DNA of 64,000 nt. Origin: Octopus vulgaris (taxonomy: Eukaryota). The notes beneath the pieces are model-generated. The model worked only from the letters and a program-made list of their open reading frames with translations, searched no databases and was not told where the DNA came from. Each line of letters starts with the position of its first letter. The first letter of the stretch is position 1. The position numbers and the translations under genes are program-made. Positions 54,860-64,000 of the stretch are shown here, piece after piece. The stretch spans positions 118,978,001 through 119,042,000 of the forward strand of contig OX597815.1 of NCBI GenBank assembly GCA_951406725.2, written 5' to 3'.

Positions 54860-55078
54860 TGTATGTATGTATGTATGTATGTATGTATGTATGTGTGTAT
54901 GTATTTATGTATGTATGTATGTATGTATGTATGCATGTATGTATGTATGTATGCATGAATGTGTGTGTATGCATGTATGTGTGTGTATGCATATGTATAT
55001 ATGTATGTATGTATGTGTGTACATTTGTATGTATGTATTCTGCATATTTATGTTTGCGTGTCCGTGTTTGTGTGTATG

Positions 55079-55134
<56 letters not shown>

Positions 55135-55139
<5 letters not shown>

Positions 55140-55445
55140 GCTTGTAAAGACACGAACATGACATACAAGAGCATTGCGGGAGACATCCAAGAGCATTGCG
55201 GGAGACATCCAAGAGACATCCAAGAGACATCCAAGGAACGACCAAATAAACATTTGAGACAACGTGACACAAAAAAACAGTCCTCCGTATTCTACCAATA
55301 TGCCAAGGACCAACATGGAGGCAATCTGGGTCAACTTGACATACGCATCTTACCCAAGCAGCCAAAGGACCCAACACTCAGACAAATACAAGAGTACGTC
55401 CTCATAAATGAAACTTCCCCAATACTAAAAAGGAAATATACGTAG
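55135..55445 (+). mobile_element. Penelope-like GIY-YIG C-terminal remnant
   Basis: ETSKERPNKHLRQ...SSVFYQYAKDQHGG...IRIL...LRQIQEYVLINETSPIL matches the GIY-YIG tail pattern (R..H...S...H...IL...R...E...I...P.LN). Flanked by inverted repeat copies. Confidence 0.6.
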
Positions 55446-56267
55446 TAGATATAATTTCCCCATACCCACATTTTATATAGGAAGAGTAGAATAGTTATTG
55501 GGCTGTTATGTAGATAGATGTATATATGTGTGTGTGTGGGTCTATGTATATATGTATATGTATATGCACATGTATGTAAGCATATGGATATGAAAGTAAA
55601 CAGATAGACTTATAGACGGATAGGTACATAGGTTATATGAATAGACAAGCACACATACACAAATAAAGACTGAAACATATGACCATATATATACACACAC
55701 CTTACTTCACACAAGGGCGGCACATATGGAGACACATGTCCACACATATGGAGATACACATCCATACATACAAACACAGTACATAGTTGCAAAACACTCA
55801 CACACACACACACACACTCAGACATGTACTTACAAAGAAACAGAGGTACACACTCACACATGCAAACACATACACACCCACATATATTAAAACACACAAA
55901 CACGGACACGCAAACACATGAATATGCAGAATACATACATACAAATGTACACACATACATAAATATATACATATGCACACACACACATACATGCATACAC
56001 ACACATACATATATTTATATACATACGTACACATACATACATACATACATACATACATGTGTATGCACACACTCACACTGACTCACACACATGCGCACAA
56101 ACAAAAAAGAAAAGAAGGCAGTGTAAATAACGGACAGGGTCAACAACTACTGAAAAGGTTGCAAGACGCAACGAAAATTTTAGAAAAATAAATGAGTGGA
56201 AATGTTACCGGTGAGTGTGCTAAATAATAAGGTACTAAAAGAGAATGACTCTCCTCAGACACAAGAG

Positions 56268-56298
<31 letters not shown>

Positions 56299-57080
56299 GA
56301 AAGAAGGTTTGAAAATGCAATTTAAAAGATGTTTATTTACTTTACCGGTTTCACTCTTTGGAAAAAGATTGTCAAAAGTAACATGTGGAAGTTTGGTTGC
56401 GTTAATTATTGGTTGTTGCAAATTGCTACATTACATATATATATATACAGTCTTTGGTAACAGGGACATGTTAAGGACATAAAAAAGTTCAACAAGTTCC
56501 TTAAAATATTGGGCAAAAAAGATTACATAAATAATCGTTCTCAAGGACATACTTAAGATAGTTTCCAGAAGGAATTGATATTGGTACTGTATCTGTATAT
56601 TCAAACATGCACAGAATATTGGTTGACACAGAGTACTATAATCCATATAAATATACAGTCTTTAGTGACAACAGTATGTTGAGAATATAAAAAAGTTTAA
56701 CAAGCTCATTGAAAAAATGGGCAGAAAAGATTAAAACAAATATATTATACATCTCAGGGTAATTTCCAGGAGGAATTATTAAAAAAAGTACAGTACAGAA
56801 TATTATGAGTTCAAAAAGATTTACATTAATGTAGTGGTGAGGTTGTTACTAACCTGTCCGTTTTAGCAGAAATGTGGAATTGAAAAGGATGTACCCGTTT
56901 TTTTCTTTTTTTGGCTCTCCTTCAAGCATCAATGATTTTGGGGTTAGGATGAGGTGAATATGTGTGTCTCTGCGTGTATGTGTGTGTGCATACATATACA
57001 TGTGGTGTGAATAGATGTGACTGTGTGTCTGTAGTATTTGGTCAGATGGTGTCTGTTTGTCAACCGCGTGTGTGGTTGTC

Positions 57081-57129
<49 letters not shown>

Positions 57130-57409
57130 TTTGAGGTTATAAGAGGTAATGGTGTCATTGAGACCCAAAGGTGTCAGGTAATGCTGAATAAGTGCTATAG
57201 ACAGACCATAGTTAAGTTCCAGGTTCGGTGATTTTACGAATAAGGGGTTCAACGTTGGTCATATGTCAGCGTGTGTATATAAGAATTATTTGCGTAATGA
57301 GATAAAAAAGAACAAGGGTGTGTAGGTATTAGAACATTTATAGATATCTATACATGTTCTAATATCTACACAGCCTTGTTTTTTTTTTTATCTCATTACG
57401 CAAAAATTC

Positions 57410-57445
57410 TTATATATATATATGTATGTATATATATATATATAT

Positions 57446-57489
<44 letters not shown>

Positions 57490-57655
57490 TATATATAAAT
57501 ATATTCATATATATATATATATATATCATATATATATATATATATTTATTCATATATATATATAATACATATATATACATACAAATATATATGTATATAC
57601 ATACATATATATATATATATGCATATATAAATATATATATATATATATTTATATA

Positions 57656-57703
<48 letters not shown>

Positions 57704-57715
57704 TATATACATATA
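57410..57715. repeat. (TA)n-rich microsatellite abutting the exon 10 acceptor; representative of dozens of (TA)n/(CA)n/(TACA)n/(TAGA)n tracts
   Basis: Directly visible. Confidence 0.97.
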
Positions 57716-57722
57716 CTTTCAG

Positions 57723-57875
57723 ATCAATCATGTGTAAACCAAACATCGAACAGCTGCCATTGTGTAATTGATTCTCTCAAACCATCTACCAAATACCGGA
57801 TCCAGCTTCGGGTGACGGCAGACGAAGACGAAAGTCCTCTGAGTGAAAGTGTCTCTGTAATAACTGCAGAGGAAA
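57723..57875 (+). CDS. ARM-repeat/FN3 gene, exon 10 (FN3 C-terminal half); gene is 3'-incomplete
   Basis: atactttcag| acceptor, A|gtaaga donor, phase 1 to 1. (D)[50 protein letters not shown] contains the L-x-P-x-T-x-Y FN3 tyrosine-corner motif. No stop codon reached. Confidence 0.9.
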
Positions 57876-58059
57876 GTAAGATTTTTTAAAAAATCATATT
57901 CATTAAAACTTCCACTTAATAATGTTCACATAACTAAGACTGTAACGAGAATTTGCACATGCCAGTGTTTCTTCCACAGAGCTTAAATACACATAACTGT
58001 AAAACATTAAAACCGATGCACAAAATATTTGTTATTACTACATGATTTAATTACACTAG

Positions 58060-58088
58060 TGGAAGCTGCATTGCAGAATCGAGTATCG
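58060..58088 (+). CDS. possible 29-nt exon of the same gene
   Basis: ttacactag| acceptor and consensus TCG|gtaagt donor 184 nt after exon 10. Phase 1 entry reads (M)EAALQNRVS without a stop. No homology support. Confidence 0.3.
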
Positions 58089-58531
58089 GTAAGTATTTGA
58101 TGGCACAAACTACATACAGTCATACGTGACGCACCCCAATTTTAGCAGCGCATATTCAGGAAAAAATGCTTTAGCGCATTAAAGCTTGTGGGAGGCTCTA
58201 TTTAGTATATAGGACCCGGGGGTATTTTTGAGACACTTTTCTGGAAAAATATTCGTCTTATATGCATCAAGTACAGTAAGTTCAATCACCTTCTTTGTTG
58301 GTCATAAACTTATGTAATTGTTTGTTTAACAGTGACTTAAAATTTTGGCACAAGGGGCAAGAATTTCGGGGTGAGTCGGTTACATCGACCTCAGCTTTCA
58401 AATAATACTCATTTTATTGATCCTGAAAAGCAATGTCGACCTTGGCGGAATTTGAACTCGTAACTTTGAGGTGACGAAATGCCGCTAAGCATTTTAACTG
58501 GCGTGCTAACGATTCTGCCAGCTCAATGTCT

Positions 58532-58647
<116 letters not shown>

Positions 58648-58735
58648 GTGCTTCCAGATTAACCATAGGACAAGCGATTTGGTATACTGATTTAGTTTTC
58701 CTTTTAGTTTCCAAAAACATTTTGGTGCTACGATA

Positions 58736-60505
58736 ATATTCTGCATAGCCCTAATACCCCTTACAAGTGAATTAAACAGAACAGGGTATGGGTATAAAAT
58801 TGTCAATAAAAAAATAAGCCATCTATTTTATATGGATGACTTAAAACTCTATGGTAAAGACGATAATGAACTTGAAGGCCTATTGCGCACTGTGAAAGCA
58901 TTCAGCGATGACATCGGGATGGAGTTTGGGCTTGAGAAGTGTACCAAGGCCACTTTCCAGAAAGGGAGAGTGAAGACCACAAATTCAGTCGTGTTAGATG
59001 TTGACACAGTCATAAGAGAACTTGAGCAAGAACAAACATACAAATATTTAGGGATAAATGAAGGCTCTGGTATTCAGCATGCAAGCATGAAAGAGAAGAT
59101 CAGGAAGGAATGTTATAGGAGAGTTCGTGCAGTCCTGAAATCTGAACTAAATGCACGTAACAAGGTGTTAGCTATAAATTCCTTAGCAGTTCCAGTTGTT
59201 ACTTATAGCTACAATGTGTTGAACTGGAATATGAGTGAAGTAAAGAATATAGATAGGAAAATACGCAAGCTGCTGAGTTGTAATAGGATGCACCACCCAA
59301 AGGCAGACGTAGATCGGCTTTACCTCCCAAGAGCTCAAGGAGGTCGAGGCCTGATCCAATTTGAACTAGCTTACAAAACAACCACAATTGGACTGGCCAA
59401 ATATCTCGAAATAACGAATGACTGGATGCTAAAGCTCATGGAAAATCACGAGAGACGAAAGAAGCTTCATTCTATCATAAAGGAAAGCAAAGAAATTGCT
59501 ATTGATCTCGTGCAGGATACCCAAACTGAACAACCCGAGGGAAGTACGGCAACTATTGTTGCAAAGAAGATGAAAATAATGGCAACGAAAAAAGCGCACG
59601 AGCAATTGGCTGATAGGTGGGAGGAGAAACCTCTGCACGGCAAATATGTGGCCCGTAGCAAACAAGCTGATGTTGACCAGAAGCAAACCCATCAGTGGCT
59701 ACGGAGCTCAGGGCTAAAAGCAGAGAGTGAAGGTTTCATCCTGGCTGCTCAAGATCAAAGCCTATTAACCCGGAACTACTAGGCCAATGTGATGAAAAAT
59801 GGAGCAGACCCAAAATGCCGATTCTGCAACGACATGATTGAAACAGTGGACCACCTAATCTCTGGATGTAAAGTCTTAGCACCAGTGGAGTATAAATTAA
59901 GACATGACAGTGTTGGCCAATATCTACACTGGCTAATAAGTCGGCATTACAATATCAAAACTGCCGACAATTGGTATAATCACCACCCTGAAGCTGTAAC
60001 TGAAGGAGAAAATGTAACCATTCTGTGGGACTTTCCAGTACGTACAGACCGAACCATCAAAGCCAATAAACTGGATATTGTTGTGAAAGACCAAAACAAT
60101 AAAGTTTGCTTATTGATCGACATGAGCATCCCCTGTGATCATAATATCTCGGCGAAAGAGTTTGACAAGCTCAGAAAATATAAAGACCTGCTCATTGAAA
60201 TTGAGAAAATGTGGTATCTCAAAGCGGTTACAATACCTGATCGTAGGAGCACTAGGAATGATCAAGAAGGGAACCGAAAATTATATGAGAATGATCCCTG
60301 GCTAACCATCCCTACAAGAAGTGCAAAAGATTGTCTTAACTGGTACATCACACGTATTGAGAAGAGCCCATGTATTTTAATTTAACTTTAAAAAAAATGG
60401 ACGAACTAGTGCGTTTAGTTTAATGGCCTACCAATGTATACTATGAGTTTCTTTGCCCTAGGAGTCGGGAAGACACTCGGCAAGAAATGGAAGCAGATTT
60501 GAAAG
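58736..60505 (+). mobile_element. young 5'-truncated R4/Dong-clade retrotransposon
   Basis: SHLFYMDDLKLY (RT catalytic YMDD), MEFGLEKC, YKYLG, GLKAESEGFILAAQDQ, CRFC..HLISGC, RHD, ILWDF, IDMSIP, KYKDL. One nonsense codon (59780-59782) and one late frameshift. (TAA)n at 58586-58646 and 60520-60539. Confidence 0.95.
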
Positions 60506-60599
60506 AAGAAGAAAAAAGATAATAATAATAATAATAATAGTTTCAAATTTTGCCACAAGAGCAGCAATATTGGAAGAGGGGATGAATCGATTACATCGA

Positions 60600-61650
60600 C
60601 TTCAAGTGTACATCCAAAGTAACGCCGACTGGATGATACAATTGGTAAGGCAACATGAACAGAATAAGGAACTGCATTCAATCTCAAAGGAGGCATATAA
60701 ATACAAACGTGAGCTTAACCTCCCTGATTATGATGATGGTAAGGAGGAGACACCACCTACTAAGGCAGCAAAAAAAGTGTAAAACAAAAACGAAACAAGA
60801 AAGCTTGAAGGAAATATCAAGATTGCGGCAAGAAAAAACCATTGCATGGGCAATACCCCTAACGAGCTGGCGAAACTGATGTAAATATAAGAAGAACCTA
60901 TCAGTGGCTGCAGAGTGTTGGTTTGAAATCCGAAAGAGAAAGATTTATCCTAGCGGCAGAAGATCAGCGTCTCCTCACCCGGACCTCTCAGGCTAATGAC
61001 ACAGAAAATGAGGTAGACACAAAGTGCAGATTCTGCAATGACAAACTTGAGAGTATTAACCACATTGTTGCCGTTTGCTCAGTCCTTGCGCCTACAGAAT
61101 ATAAAACCAGGCATGATCGAGTTGGCAAATACTTGTACTAGAGAATATGCCGTTACTGTGGTATCCCGCACCCTAAGAACTCATATGACCACCATCACTG
61201 AGGGAGAGAATGTACCATCTTATGAGATTACGGAATACATAAAGACAGGCAAATAAATGCTAACAGACTAGATATTGAGATCAAAGACTTAAAACAAAAA
61301 GCATACTGGTTAATTGATATGATTATACCTACTGATAGAAACATCTCAGCAAAAGAATTTGAAAAAATGTCGAAATATAAGGACTTTGAGATTGAGATAT
61401 CTTGGACGTGGCAATTAAAATTCAAAATTATTTCTATTGTTGTAAGTGCCCTGAGAATGATCAAGAAAGGTACTGACAAATTTATTTGCCAGATCCCTGG
61501 GAAACCAACAATCTATGAGTCTCAAAACATTGTGTCGACATCAACTGCTCACATTCTCAGGAGGTTTCTATCCATCTAATATATACGAGCCATAGGTCTC
61601 TTGTTGAGACCCGGTCGGAAGATGAAATAAAATACAATTCTATCGGAAAA
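60600..61650 (+). mobile_element. older R4/Dong-clade fragment in tandem behind the previous copy
   Basis: DWMIQLVRQHE, LKSERERFILAAEDQ, CRFC..HIVAVC, RHDRVG, IDMIIP, KYKDFEIE. Confidence 0.88.
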
Positions 61651-62401
61651 TGATAACAATAATACTAATAATCTCTTTAGTTATCATAATATGAAGCAAA
61701 ATTCCAGTGACACGGACATACGATGCCTCTTTTTAATCACTTCGTTAAATGCCCTTGCAGTAATTAAGTTCCCTCACCATAACCAAAAAACCAAATGCTC
61801 CAAAAATAGCAGTAACATCTCTGTCAGACTACACATCTTATCGCCTAAAGAAAAAAGCTGAAGATAAGACATATAGAATAATATAGCGCCAAATATATCC
61901 AAACGATAAGATTGTCAAAGCTGGAACGCGTTTGATTATGTGTTATCTCAAACAACACTGACCTGGGAGTGAAACACAGCATAATGTATATTCTAAGGGA
62001 AGCAACTAAAAAAGTTCAAAATATTTTAGAGTTACTTCCCTTAAAGAGATTGAAAGATTTTTGTAATTGAAAGAAATAAAGGAATAGACTAATACTTCCC
62101 GTCAAACTGCCAATCAATGTAATTCAAAGTCACACTTAGAATGATGGATCTTGAAATATGTGCATGTTTGTGTGTTCGCGCGCGTGTGCGTGTGTGTGTG
62201 ATTGTGTGTGGGTGTGGGTGTGGGTTTGTCTCTGATATGTGTGTGTGTGTGTATGTATGTATATATATATATATATTAATCAGCCGAAATTGCTAGGATG
62301 ATCCGGTTCTTGACTAAAGATTGAAGGCTTCGAATGTTCCGTCCGTGTTTTTTGTATCGTCTTCTAAATATTTTACGTTCTTGTCCCAGTTTGTATTTTT
62401 C

Positions 62402-62477
<76 letters not shown>

Positions 62478-62489
62478 ACATACACACAA

Positions 62490-63500
62490 AACAATGAATA
62501 CAGGATTCCTCTGTGTATCGCTTTTGCCGATTACAAAAAGGCATTTAAACGCATCGAGGCGAAAGCAGCATAGACATTTCTGGTAGTGCAAGGTGTCGTG
62601 ACGCAATATATCAAACTGCTCAGATATGCGAACCCTGGATTCAGTACAGATATAGCTCTGCTATCACCACTAGTAAGGGTTCCTATTGGAAAGGGTATGA
62701 AGCAAGGAGATACTGTTTCTCCAAAGCTCTTTACCACATGTCATCAGGGACGTTGAATGAACATCAATGGCGAACAACTAACAAACCTACGATTCGCAGA
62801 TGACATGTACTCATCGCTGAAACCACAGGCAAGCTGCAGACTATACTGACAGAGCTGGGCACTCATAGCTAAGTAGTAGGTCTTAAAATGAACTTCACGA
62901 AATCAAACTATATGCGGTTGGATGACGTAGCAAAAGACCGAATAGAAGTGGGAAGCGATTTGGGCAAACAGTGATTATACGCCGAGATATGGATGCTGAA
63001 ATCTCAAAGAGAGTAAAGGCAGAATAGAGGAGGTATTCAAATCAAATACAGACAATGCCATACGTGCCAGACTTTTCAGTAACAACATCATACTTGCACT
63101 TTTATACGCTAGTGAGAAGTGGGCTACAACTAAGAGGATAGAACATTGATTGGCTACGAAACAAAGGGTCGTGGAAAGATCCGTGCTAGGAACATCATGA
63201 CAAGAGGACATTCGAAATGAAATCATTCGAGAACGGAGTGGAGTGAACAGTACAATCTCAGAATACCGAAAGCACAAATTTCGCTGGGCCAGACAGGCCG
63301 CAAGGCTCACAGACAGCAGATGGGCCTACGCAGTTTCCGAGTGGTTTCTAACAGATCAGAAAAGGCTACATAGAAGACTTCAATGACGATGGGAAGTTGA
63401 TTTAGCTAAGTTATTTAAGTCAAGATGGAAAAGAATAGCGCAATCAAGACAAAACTGGAAACGCCTGAAGACTAGCGGTGTATAATAGCATCTGATGATC
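62490..63500 (+). mobile_element. degenerate RTE-clade LINE (RT region)
   Basis: EYRIPLCIAFADYKKAF, KGMKQGDTVSPKLF, INGEQLTNLRFADD, GLKMN, LLYASEKW, RNEIIRERSGV, KFRWA...RLTDSRW. Confidence 0.88.
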
Positions 63501-63551
63501 TGGCCTATACTGTGCGGCACTGTGCGATACTGTGCGATAATACACTATAAA

Positions 63552-63618
<67 letters not shown>

Positions 63619-63853
63619 TGTGTTTCGATGTGCGCACGCGTAGAAAGGGAGAGAAAGAGAGAAAAAAACGAGAGAGAAAGTGAGGGAGAAGTACAGTTAT
63701 ACAAGCATAAATTCTTGATTTATAAAAATTGTCTCCGCCTCTAGAGGATGTATCCTAATTACGAAATAGCAATTAAGACCAGCTCCACTTGAGAAGGGGA
63801 GACGACAATCTGGACAATCAAGATTTCTCCAAAGCTGACATGCCCCTCCCCCA

Positions 63854-63904
<51 letters not shown>

Positions 63905-64000
63905 ACATACATACATACATACATACATACATACATACATACATACATACATACATACATACATACATACATACATACATACGCGCACGCACTTAAATAT

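Noticed and set aside
56445-56810. Diverged ~205-bp tandem duplication
   Set aside because: Two copies only, non-coding, no structural signal.
58832-59782. Longest ORF (316 aa) as a host or domesticated gene
   Set aside because: Internal piece of a 5'-truncated Dong retrotransposon, starting within the YMDD motif and ending at a nonsense mutation.

Overview
Eukaryotic, AT-rich, microsatellite-saturated animal DNA. The SINE families and (TA)n/(CA)n/(TACA)n/(TAA)n density point to an octopod cephalopod (Octopus-like); this is an inference. Almost all ORFs in the supplied track are microsatellite read-throughs or transposon debris. One real host gene is hidden among them: a + strand gene of at least 10 exons (26315/26351 to 57875, continuing beyond the window) whose GT-AG phases join into one open frame of about 447-459 codons, encoding about six armadillo/HEAT-like repeats followed by a fibronectin type III domain, with no signal peptide. 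The rest is repeat-derived: R4/Dong-type RLE non-LTR retrotransposons sitting in (TAA)n tracts (one family instead abuts (CATA)n), RTE- and CR1-like LINE fragments, Penelope-like GIY-YIG remnants with several hammerhead-ribozyme motifs (one near-intact, others with variant cores), Tc1, mariner, Tigger-like and hAT MITEs, two non-autonomous Helitrons, three tRNA-derived SINE groups and many long inverted repeats. I found no prokaryotic genes, CRISPR arrays, rRNA or true tRNA genes.
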